Below are positions 18,025-26,163 of a DNA stretch of 64,000 bases, one piece after another. The DNA lies in NCBI GenBank assembly GCA_044376115.1, contig JBILLK010000006.1, positions 64,001-128,000 on the forward strand, given 5' to 3'. The notes beneath the pieces are model-generated. The model saw only the letters and a program-made list of their open reading frames with translations. It ran no database searches and was not told where the DNA came from. This stretch comes from Polyangiaceae bacterium. Lineage in GTDB: Bacteria; Myxococcota_A; Polyangia; Polyangiales; Polyangiaceae. Each line of letters opens with the position of its first letter. The stretch's first letter is position 1. A program made the position numbers and the translations under genes.

Positions 18025-19314
18025 ATGACGCACCTTCTGCATACGGAGCCGCTACCCTCGGATGATCGTCTCGCGCAATTAGCCACGGCTCACCTGACGC
18101 GGTCGTCAGCGTTGCAGTTGGTCGCTGAGCTGCTCACCCGGCTTCGCGATATGAACTTTCCTTGGTGGACGCCTGAGCAATTGCGGCGCGCCTATCCCTC
18201 GGCGGAGCGCATGCGCTGGCTCGAGCAACGTCCCGACGTGCGTCAACGGATCACCACGCAACTGACCGGCTTGGCGCCGCGCGCGGCCCGCAACAAGAGC
18301 CCCGAGTTTCAGTCCGCCTTGATCGACTCGGTGCTCGACGAGGGGGACATTGGCCTCGACGTATTTGAGTCTGCCTTTGAACCGGTCGACATTGCTGTGT
18401 ATGGGCCAGCGGAGGACTTCTTCCAGTTGTTCCGTCGGCGCATGCCCTGGGAGGACGACTCAACGCCGCATCAAGATCTGATCGGCTGGCTGATCGGGGC
18501 GTTCCTATCCGATAAGTGCTCGCTCGACGGCTCGCCGCGCACGCCCATTCTTTCGGCCCTCGACGTGCGCACGGCGATCGATGGCGCGGTTTGGCACTCG
18601 CGCGTGCCGCTGCATGTCCGAGTCGCGATCGACGAGGCGCGTTTTGCATCGCACCGTGAACGGCCGCATGAGCCCTTCACCGTCGACCGCGATTTGGCGA
18701 TCGCAACGCCCGCCTTGATCGCCGCCAGCATTCCGCTGAAGGACCTCTTGGGCGTAGTTGAACTCGCCGCCAGCTCGCTCGGGTTTGACGAGCGCGGCGG
18801 TGGGCGCGAGCACGCGACACGCAGCGCTGGCAGTGTGCCTGAGGTTGCCGACGAGGTTCCAAGACAAACGATTCCACCTGCGTCGCCCTACGAGTTTACC
18901 GAGTTTGCCGATGAGCCCACCGGCTTCTCCACCGATGGCCCCGCCGGCCCTTCGCCCGAGCTTGCGTCCAACGTCCCAAGCTCGGATCCGCCTACCTCCC
19001 AGCGTGTAGCCGCGTCCGAGCCAGCGCCCCCGCCAGATTTCTCGGCGCAACCAGACTACCCCGCCCCCGTCCTGCCGATGGTGCTCGATGCGGCGGCGTT
19101 CGACGGCAATGTTCCCCTAGCCGAGGAGTCGACCGGTGCTCTCGACGAGGTCGTACAGGCCGAACAGGTAGCCCTCAGCCTCTCCGATGGTTGGGAAGTA
19201 AGGCCGGCGGCGGGGCTCAAGGACGAACTCGAAAGTACCAATCCGTGGGCTGCGGCCTCTCCAGAGCTATCGGCCCTGAGCGGAGAGCGCAAAGAGTCGA
19301 AAGACTCCGATTGA
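18025..19314 (+). CDS. Hypothetical protein with acidic Pro-rich disordered C-terminus
   Basis: Long ORF with a globular-looking N-terminal ~260 aa; no family recognised. Confidence 0.7.
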   Translation: MTHLLHTEPLPSDDRLAQLATAHLTRSSALQLVAELLTRLRDMNFPWWTPEQLRRAYPSAERMRWLEQRPDVRQRITTQLTGLAPRAARNKSPEFQSALIDSVLDEGDIGLDVFESAFEPVDIAVYGPAEDFFQLFRRRMPWEDDSTPHQDLIGWLIGAFLSDKCSLDGSPRTPILSALDVRTAIDGAVWHSRVPLHVRVAIDEARFASHRERPHEPFTVDRDLAIATPALIAASIPLKDLLGVVELAASSLGFDERGGGREHATRSAGSVPEVADEVPRQTIPPASPYEFTEFADEPTGFSTDGPAGPSPELASNVPSSDPPTSQRVAASEPAPPPDFSAQPDYPAPVLPMVLDAAAFDGNVPLAEESTGALDEVVQAEQVALSLSDGWEVRPAAGLKDELESTNPWAAASPELSALSGERKESKDSD

Positions 19315-19350
19315 CCGATAGCGCGGGGGCCCTGTTATCGTGCAGGCCTA

Positions 19351-20619
19351 ATGTCGAAGAAAAAGGGCGGGAAGAAGCGCTCGAACGCAAGTCCGAATAA
19401 GCCAGCCGCGGCAGCTGAGCCCGCCGAGAGCGAGCGCCCGGGCGACCAGGCCGAGCCGGCGGAGCCTGAACCCTCGGCCACCGCGCGCGACGAGGAGGAG
19501 GTTGCAAGTGAATCTCCGCCTGCGCCTGCCGACGCGGAGCCGAAACCTGCTCCGGCCGCTTGGGGCAATCCTTTTGCCCGCATCGAGCGAGCGTGGACGT
19601 GGTTCGAGGTGCGGCTGCTGATCGTGGTGGTGCTTTCGCTTTTGTTCGCCATGGTTGCGTGGGTTGCGCTCGGCGGCATGAGCCAACCGGTCGAGTCTCA
19701 AAGCAAGGCTGGGTTGGCTTTCAGGGCGTTCATTGGGGCTCTTGGCCTCGGGCTCACCAGCTCGTTTCTGGCCAAGCGGCTTTCGCTGGGCAAACTCGCG
19801 ACAGGCTTCGTCGGTGCCGGCTCCATCGTGCTCGGCTTCCTGATGGCGCCGTCGTGGCGTTCAACGGGGGTCGAGTACTTCGGTCAGCTGCAGAACTGGC
19901 TGCAAGAGGGCTCTTCGCTGACTATGTTTGGCGGCCTGCGCGGTGTGTCGACTCGACTCACCATCTTGCTGGCCTTCCTCGGTGGCAGCCTGGCAGCAGC
20001 GAGCGGCAAGCACATCAACATCGATGTCGCGCTGCGCTTCGTCAATCCGAAGCTCAAGCTGCCGGTCTTCGTGCTGCAGTCGATCGCGACTGTGGCTTTC
20101 TGCGCGGTGGCGGCTTGGGGCTTCTTTGAGTACATCGCGATCACCAACTTCAACGCTCCGGTTGACGCGACGCCCAGTGCAAAAATTTCGCACGTAAACA
20201 AGCTGGTTTCTCAGGATCTGTTCCTGTGGCGAAAGCAGGTGGGCTTTGACCTCAGCGCGACGCCTCACGTCTTGGGTGGCGGCAAATGGGATGACCCTGG
20301 TCGGTTCACCGGGCGACAGTGGAACCAGTATCTGGAAACGTCGGGTTACACGGACGTGTTCACGAAGGAGGAAGTGGCTGCGCTCAAGTCGGGTGAAAGC
20401 TCGCTCGACAGCCCGCGCATTGCGCTCGCTGTCGGTCCCGACGGTCAACCGCGCAACCAGTTGGTTCGCACCATGAACCTCACCTTCTCGGTTGGCTTCT
20501 TGATCATGGGATTTCGATTTCTGCTGCGGCTTCTGCTGGTGCTCTCTCGCCATGAAAGTTTGGAAGAAGGCGAAGGCACTTCCGGTACCGAAGACGATTC
20601 GGCGAAGGGAGCTGCGTGA
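19351..20619 (+). CDS. TRAP transporter small permease (DctQ-like), extended
   Basis: LAFLGGSLAAASGKHINID is the DctQ signature. Extra TMs and a periplasmic insertion; overlaps the dctM-like gene. Confidence 0.75.
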   Translation: MSKKKGGKKRSNASPNKPAAAAEPAESERPGDQAEPAEPEPSATARDEEEVASESPPAPADAEPKPAPAAWGNPFARIERAWTWFEVRLLIVVVLSLLFAMVAWVALGGMSQPVESQSKAGLAFRAFIGALGLGLTSSFLAKRLSLGKLATGFVGAGSIVLGFLMAPSWRSTGVEYFGQLQNWLQEGSSLTMFGGLRGVSTRLTILLAFLGGSLAAASGKHINIDVALRFVNPKLKLPVFVLQSIATVAFCAVAAWGFFEYIAITNFNAPVDATPSAKISHVNKLVSQDLFLWRKQVGFDLSATPHVLGGGKWDDPGRFTGRQWNQYLETSGYTDVFTKEEVAALKSGESSLDSPRIALAVGPDGQPRNQLVRTMNLTFSVGFLIMGFRFLLRLLLVLSRHESLEEGEGTSGTEDDSAKGAA

Positions 20620-22241
20620 TGGGTAAGCTGTACGCATTTTTCGTCACGCTGCTCACGCTGATGGCGATGCCGCTGTTCGCGGTGATGGGCGGCATCTCGA
20701 TCGTTGGCTGGCTCAGCGAGGACCGCGAGGAGCTGCGCCACATCATGTATTTGGCGCCCAACGTGCTCGATGAGCAGCGTTTCGTTGGCTCGCCGATCTT
20801 GGTGACGATTCCGCTCTTTACCTTCGCCGGCTATCTGATGGCCGAGTCGAAGACGCCCGACCGTTTGGTGCGCACCGCCGGCGCCCTGCTTGGCTGGCTG
20901 CCCGGTGGCCTGGCGATCGTCTGCATTTTCGCCAACGCGTTCTTCACCACCATGACCGGCGGTTCTGGCGTCACCATCGTCGCCATCGGCGGCATGCTCT
21001 ACCCGATGCTGCGCAAGCAGGGTTACCCCGAGCGCTACGTGCTCGGTCTGGTTACCGCAGCTGGCGCGATCGGCCTTCTGTTCTTCCCCAGCCCGCTCGT
21101 CGCCATCTACTCGTTCATCGCTGGCGTCGACATCAACAAGGCTTACCTCGCAACTGCGCTGCCTGGACTTGGCCTCGCCGTGGTGCTCGTAGCTCACGCG
21201 ATGTGGGTGGGTATTCGCGAGAAGGTGCCGCGCGGAACGTTCGATCCGATCGAGTTCGTCAAAGGGGCTTGGGAGGCGAAGTGGGACCTCGCGGCGCCGT
21301 TCCTCGTGCTGATTTGGATGGGCTCCGGCTTGATGGGCATCGATGAGGCCTCGGCTGCAGCAGCGCTCTACATCTTGATCGTCCAGGTTTACGTGTACAA
21401 GGACCTGAACTGGAAGGACGTATTCCGAATCGCGCGCGAGTCGGTGAGCCTTGCAGGCGCGATCTTGGTCATCATCATGATGGCGACCGCGTTGACCAAC
21501 TGGGTCATTCAAGACCGCGTGCCGCTGCATATTCTCGAGTACTTCACGGCGAACGGTATGGACACCGCGTGGAAGTTCATCATCGTACTCAACATCTTCT
21601 TGTTCATTCTCGGCGTGGTGATGGACGAGTTCAGCGCGATGCTCGTCGCGCTGCCGCTGATCATGCCGCTGGCTGCGTCGTTCGGCCTCTCGCCGTTCTA
21701 CCTCGCGGTGATGTTCTTGTTGAACATCGAGATCGCCTACATCTCCCCGCCGATCGGTGTGAATCTCTACATCGCGAGCTTCCGCTTCAAGGCGCCGCTG
21801 ACCAAGGTGTACAGCGTCGTGATGCCCTTCGTCTGGCTGCTCACGGCTGGGCTTCTGGTCTTCATCCTGTTCCCCAAGCTCTCCACCTTCACCGTGGAGA
21901 CTGAGATCGCCGAGCAACGTGCCAAGGCGGAGGAGTCGGGCGTTGGTCCGCGCGAGGCTTGGCTCCTTGAGTGCGTGCAAGAAGACAAGAACAACCCGAG
22001 GCCGTGCACCGACGCCGATCGCGAACGCTGGGGCGTTGACGGAACGCGTATGCCGGAGCCGGAGCCCGGGTCCCCCGCGGCCGACGAGGGGCCTGCTGTG
22101 GTCCTCGACAAGAAAGAGGAGGACAAGCAGAAGAAGGAGCTGGATGATTTGTTCGCCGAGATGATGGGGGACTCGACGGCCAAGCCTGCTGATTCAGCCG
22201 CGCCAGCTGTCTCCGCCGCGCCGTCTGCTTCCGCACCGTAA
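20619..22241 (+). CDS. dctM: TRAP transporter large permease (DctM)
   Basis: IPLFTFAGYLM, GWLPGGLAI, TGGSGVTIVAIG and IEIAYISPPIGVNLY motifs. Confidence 0.9.
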   Translation: MGKLYAFFVTLLTLMAMPLFAVMGGISIVGWLSEDREELRHIMYLAPNVLDEQRFVGSPILVTIPLFTFAGYLMAESKTPDRLVRTAGALLGWLPGGLAIVCIFANAFFTTMTGGSGVTIVAIGGMLYPMLRKQGYPERYVLGLVTAAGAIGLLFFPSPLVAIYSFIAGVDINKAYLATALPGLGLAVVLVAHAMWVGIREKVPRGTFDPIEFVKGAWEAKWDLAAPFLVLIWMGSGLMGIDEASAAAALYILIVQVYVYKDLNWKDVFRIARESVSLAGAILVIIMMATALTNWVIQDRVPLHILEYFTANGMDTAWKFIIVLNIFLFILGVVMDEFSAMLVALPLIMPLAASFGLSPFYLAVMFLLNIEIAYISPPIGVNLYIASFRFKAPLTKVYSVVMPFVWLLTAGLLVFILFPKLSTFTVETEIAEQRAKAEESGVGPREAWLLECVQEDKNNPRPCTDADRERWGVDGTRMPEPEPGSPAADEGPAVVLDKKEEDKQKKELDDLFAEMMGDSTAKPADSAAPAVSAAPSASAP

Positions 22242-22297
22242 TCGGCACTCCGCGAACTGGGCCAAGCAACGCTATCTCGCTACGCTTGGCCCGGCGC

Positions 22298-23767
22298 ATG
22301 ACTCGTGTAGTGCTGAAGAACGCGGCTGAACGCTCTGGGATCGCGGGTCCGCGTTTGCGCGTATGGCGTCTTGTCATCGCGCTCGCAATCGGTGCGTGTG
22401 GCGGTGAGGCTCCGCAGGTTGTAGTCGCACCCGCTCCACCTCCACAGCCCACCGTTTCCGCCCGCGCGGAAGCTCCGCCGGAGCCGCCAAAGCCCGTTTG
22501 TGAGGCTCTCCCAGTCGAAGTCCCTCCGCTCGACAACTCGGTGATCGCGGCCGACGAGGTGCCCTTGATCGACCCCACCGGCAAAGGGCTTTCGCACTTC
22601 TACGAACGGCTCGCTCGTGTCGCGCGCGGCAAGGCGAAGGATCATGTGCGCATCGCTGTCTACGGCGACTCGAACATGACCATGGACTTCATCGCGGGGC
22701 CGCTGCGCCGATTGCTGCAAGGCTCGTATGGCGACGGCGGTCACGGCTTCATTGCGCTGGCCAGGCCTTGGAGCCACTACCGCCACATCGACGTCATCCA
22801 AGAGATCGGCGCCGCCTTCGAGTCCTTTGCGATCACGACAAAACCGACTGGGGATGGCGCCTACGGCATTGCCGGGATCGTCTCGGAGAGTCCGTCTCCG
22901 GGCTCGAAGGTGCGCATCAAGACCGCGAATGAAACGTCCCCGGTTGGTAAGACCGCCAGCCGCTTCGACGTGTTCTACCTCAAGGGTCCGCGACGTGGCG
23001 CCTTCGAGCTGATGGTGGACGGAGTCTCCCACGCCAAGCTCGAAAGTGAGGCGGCCCAGCGAGCGTCCGCGGCCTTCCGCATCGAGGTCCCCGATGCACC
23101 GCATGCCTTCGACTCGGTCGTCCGTTCGCCTCACTACGTCCGCTTTCTCGGCAGCGCCGTCGAGCGCACGACGCCCGGCGTGGTCGTCGACAATCTCGGC
23201 GTCGGAGCGATGAACACGCGCTGCATCGTGTTGATGGATCCGGTGATCGCTGCGCCGATTCTCGAGCACCGCCGCCACGATCTGGTGATTTTGATGACCG
23301 GTACGGCGGACATCTACCAGACCGATGAGGCCGTGGGATTCGTCAAAGAGGTCGTTGCGCGGCATCGCGCTGCGAACCCGGACGTCTCCTTCTTGCTCGT
23401 GGCGCCGCCCGATCGTGGGGTTTCGCATGCGACCCGCCCGCTGCTCAAAATAGGTGAACAGCGCAAAGCTTTGGCCTCAGAGATCAGCGTGGGGTTTTGG
23501 GACCTCCTTCACGCCATGGGTGGGCCTACCTCGATGATGAAGTTCATTCGTCGCAGTCAAGCCTTGCCCGACCAGATTCACTTCTCCGAGCCCGGTGGGG
23601 CTTGGGTTGGACGCAGGTTGCACCAGGCGTTGATGCGAGGGTTCGAGAGTTACTTGAAGAGCCATCCCGAGGCGGGCTGTGAGGGGGAAGCTGCCGAACC
23701 CGCTCCCCAACCGCTTGGGTTGTACCTTGGGCGGGCGGCCTCTGTGCAGCCAGCCAGGGCCCCGTGA
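22298..23767 (+). CDS. SGNH/GDSL-family esterase or O-acetyltransferase lipoprotein (PatB/Ape-like)
   Basis: Lipobox AIGAC, block I YGDSN, YGDGGHGF, DNLGVGA and catalytic DQIH. Confidence 0.8.
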   Translation: MTRVVLKNAAERSGIAGPRLRVWRLVIALAIGACGGEAPQVVVAPAPPPQPTVSARAEAPPEPPKPVCEALPVEVPPLDNSVIAADEVPLIDPTGKGLSHFYERLARVARGKAKDHVRIAVYGDSNMTMDFIAGPLRRLLQGSYGDGGHGFIALARPWSHYRHIDVIQEIGAAFESFAITTKPTGDGAYGIAGIVSESPSPGSKVRIKTANETSPVGKTASRFDVFYLKGPRRGAFELMVDGVSHAKLESEAAQRASAAFRIEVPDAPHAFDSVVRSPHYVRFLGSAVERTTPGVVVDNLGVGAMNTRCIVLMDPVIAAPILEHRRHDLVILMTGTADIYQTDEAVGFVKEVVARHRAANPDVSFLLVAPPDRGVSHATRPLLKIGEQRKALASEISVGFWDLLHAMGGPTSMMKFIRRSQALPDQIHFSEPGGAWVGRRLHQALMRGFESYLKSHPEAGCEGEAAEPAPQPLGLYLGRAASVQPARAP

Positions 23768-24834
23768 CGCCGCGGGAAACGCGCAGCCTGTTGGTAGCAG
23801 CGCCGCGACGCATATCGTTGCTTGCTACCGTCAGCCCGCTGAACTTCGAGAGTGAGGTGGCTCGGCTGTCGAGCGCGCAAGCTGGCGTACGCCGCCGTCT
23901 CGAGTTTCGTTATGGCGCAGCGGCGCCCGACCTGTCCGAATTGCGAGCCGAGCTCGAGCAGGCGGCAATACAGCTCGAACGTTCGAATGAATGGGCGCTC
24001 GCTGAGCGGGCTACCGAGTTGTTGCTCGAGGCACAGCTGGCTGAAGCCCGAGATAGTGCTGTTTTTACGCACTTGGCGTGCAAGCGTTACCAGCACAGTC
24101 CCGACCCGCTGGTCTCTCGGGAGTCGCTGCTCGGCGAGAGCGACGCTCTGGCCCGTGCTTGGTGTGAACAGTCTCCGCCGCTGACTCACGGCCTGACCGA
24201 GTCAGCCACGGTGATCTCGGATGATGAGGCCGACTCGCGCTCGCTCGTCTCGCGCATGCGCCACGCGATTGGCGAAGCTCGTTTGGCCGTGCGGGTCGTG
24301 TGCAGTCGTCAGTTGGTGCCGCTGGCGGCGGTGGGGGATGGCTTCGTACAGGTTGCGGCCGGACGCAGAATCTCGACGGTGGACGTCGAGCGCACGGTCA
24401 GACACGAACTCGACGGGCATGTACGACCGATGCAGCGCGCTCAACGAAGTGCCTTCGTGCTCGGGGTGATCGGCACCGCGCGCGGCTCCGATACCCAAGA
24501 AGGCTTCGCGCTCCTGCTCGAGCGTAGGAGCGGCTTTCTGGGGGGAGCACGCGCGCTCGAGCTCGCGCTCCGACATCGGGCTGGGCGTTTGGCTCACTCG
24601 GGGGTGCCGTTCGAGCAGGCTCTCGAGCAGCTGGATGACGGCGCGCACCCCACCGAGGTCGTGGTCCGGGCGGTCGCCCGCGCCTTTCGCGGGGGCGGCT
24701 TGGGCCGCGAAGTTGCGTACGTCCCGGCGCTGCTCGAGGTTGAGCGGGCCTTCGCCGAGGATCCAACGATTGAAGAGCGCCTCGCCAGCGGCCGCCTCTC
24801 GCTGTCAGCCGCTCGCGCGCTGCGCGCCGAATGA
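23764..24834 (+). CDS. DUF1704 / QEGLA-motif metallopeptidase (Tyr/Phe carboxypeptidase-like)
   Basis: HELDGH (HExxxH) followed by TQEGFA (QEGLA-like) and a C-terminal GLGREVAY...GRLS. Confidence 0.75.
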   Translation: MTPRETRSLLVAAPRRISLLATVSPLNFESEVARLSSAQAGVRRRLEFRYGAAAPDLSELRAELEQAAIQLERSNEWALAERATELLLEAQLAEARDSAVFTHLACKRYQHSPDPLVSRESLLGESDALARAWCEQSPPLTHGLTESATVISDDEADSRSLVSRMRHAIGEARLAVRVVCSRQLVPLAAVGDGFVQVAAGRRISTVDVERTVRHELDGHVRPMQRAQRSAFVLGVIGTARGSDTQEGFALLLERRSGFLGGARALELALRHRAGRLAHSGVPFEQALEQLDDGAHPTEVVVRAVARAFRGGGLGREVAYVPALLEVERAFAEDPTIEERLASGRLSLSAARALRAE

Positions 24835-24842
24835 CCGAGGGA

Positions 24843-25016
24843 CATTCAACCGAAGGTTGATGCAGCATCCAGAACCGGAGTGGACAGAGTCCACGAAGTG
24901 GACGGAGTCCAGGGAGGTCTACGGAGTGCCGAAGGCACGAAGTGAATGACTCGTGCCCTCTTCGACAGAAGCGGCCGAAGGCCCCGATTGGTCCATCGAC
25001 TTGGCACGAGTCATTC
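24843..25016. repeat. Highly structured intergenic element: multiple GNA-triloop hairpins plus a 14-bp inverted repeat closing a three-hairpin cloverleaf
   Basis: TCAACC-GAA-GGTTGA; GTGGAC-AGA-GTCCAC-GAA-GTGGAC-GGA-GTCCA; GTGCC-GAA-GGCAC; GAATGACTCGTGCC (24944-24957) pairs perfectly with GGCACGAGTCATTC (25003-25016). Confidence 0.7.
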
Positions 25017-25054
25017 TAGTATTCAAGCTGGCCGCGGCGCGCGATGATGCGCCC

Positions 25055-25639
25055 ATGTCCAAGGTCATGTTGCGGCTTCGTGATCTCGATACCGGAGAGC
25101 CGAAGACCCATGAGTGTGAGTCGGTAGAGGCTGCGTGTGGTTGGCTCGCGGAGCGACCGGAGGGAGTTGAGATCCTCGGCGTCGTGTTCGAAGGGCTAAC
25201 GCGCGAGGAGAATGACCGCATGAAGCAAGCCATGCGGCCGTTCTCGGCAGAGGAGGCGCTCAAGGTAAAGGCGCTCGATGACAAAGAGGCCGCGATCAAG
25301 GCCGAGCGAGCGGAAGCTCGTCGTCGCGAGATGGAAGCCGACGCGGCTCGGTTGCGCGGCGAGGCGAAGGAAGCCTCACCCGACCGCCCGATGGAGGTGC
25401 GCTATCGCTTCGACATGCCGGACCTGCAAAAGACCGATCCGCTCGACCAACGTGAAATCACCGAAGAGGTGAAGACCGCCGTTGCCGAGTGGGTGACCGA
25501 GCGAACCGAGTGGGTCGCAAGCCGCGGCCAGATGATCGGCGAGGCCAAGGTCACGCTCTATCCCGGCGCGGTCCCGAAGGGGAAGGAGCGTGTCGTGCAA
25601 GGCACCTTCGTTCCGGTCACGGCACCCAGCAAGACCTGA
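25055..25639 (+). CDS. Hypothetical cytoplasmic protein
   Basis: ORF from ATG 25055 (MSKVMLRLRD), charged, with a coiled-coil middle. Confidence 0.7.
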   Translation: MSKVMLRLRDLDTGEPKTHECESVEAACGWLAERPEGVEILGVVFEGLTREENDRMKQAMRPFSAEEALKVKALDDKEAAIKAERAEARRREMEADAARLRGEAKEASPDRPMEVRYRFDMPDLQKTDPLDQREITEEVKTAVAEWVTERTEWVASRGQMIGEAKVTLYPGAVPKGKERVVQGTFVPVTAPSKT

Positions 25640-25667
25640 CGTGCGCGCGGCAACGTTCTCGCTCGGG

Positions 25668-26033
25668 TCAAGCGACGCGAGCGAGAACGATCAGCCCAGT
25701 TGCGATCACCGTGCATGCGAACACCGCGCGGTTGATGAAGGTCCCGCGCGCACGAATGTTCTCCGCAATCTCCGCGTTGGCGATATTCTCGTGCCCGTCA
25801 CCCAAGTCGCGCAAACCTTGCGCGGCCATGAACACTCAGGTTTTGAACAGGGCCTGAAAAGAAAGGTGAAACGTCAGGAAGAAAGGCACGGCCAAGGCGA
25901 GGAACCACAGCGGGCGCACCTCGAATGTGGCCATTAGCGCTGTCGCAGTAAGCGAAAGGCCGAACATCCAGACGCTGCGTCGCAGACGAAGCAAGACGCC
26001 GGGATCCGAGAGGTTGGCGACGGGCTCGCGCAT
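25668..26033 (-). CDS. Putative selenoprotein: 121-aa membrane protein with Sec at residue 66 (QALFKT-U-VFMAAQG)
   Basis: The 65-aa ORF stops at TGA 25838-25836, but the same frame continues 55 codons (VFMAAQGLRDLGDGHENIANAEIAENIRARGTFINRAVFACTVIATGLIVLARVA) to TGA 25670-25668. A SECIS-like hairpin starts 11 nt after the internal TGA. Confidence 0.75.
25808..25824 (-). promoter_or_regulatory. Bacterial SECIS-like hairpin
   Basis: Minus strand reads UGA-GUGUUCAUGGC-CGCGCAA-GGU-UUGCGCG: 11-nt spacer, 7-bp stem, G-starting GGU loop. Confidence 0.7.
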
Positions 26034-26163
26034 CCCACCGTTGTAACGCTCCGTTCGACGGGGCGCACAAGAATCTCGCCTCGTTCACACTTCGCAAAGA
26101 TTGAGGCAGCAGCCCAGTCATTCGCTCGATGGCTAGCGGTAGCGGCCTGGACTAGGATGCAGC

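Noticed and set aside
20445..21980. 511-aa antisense ORF (and similar long shadows at 61325-62938, 50384-51478, 35338-36327, 22280-23428)
   Set aside because: They lie opposite well-supported genes. Stop-poor antisense frames are expected from high-GC codon bias, and they carry no motifs.
24944..25016. Cloverleaf considered as a tRNA (including tRNA-Sec, given the nearby UGA gene)
   Set aside because: No 7-nt anticodon loop, no UCA anticodon, no T-loop GTTCRA in the right place and no CCA; the closing stem is 14 bp.
24953..25054. N-terminal extension of the hypothetical ORF given by the track
   Set aside because: It runs through the structured inverted-repeat element; ATG 25055 is a more plausible start.
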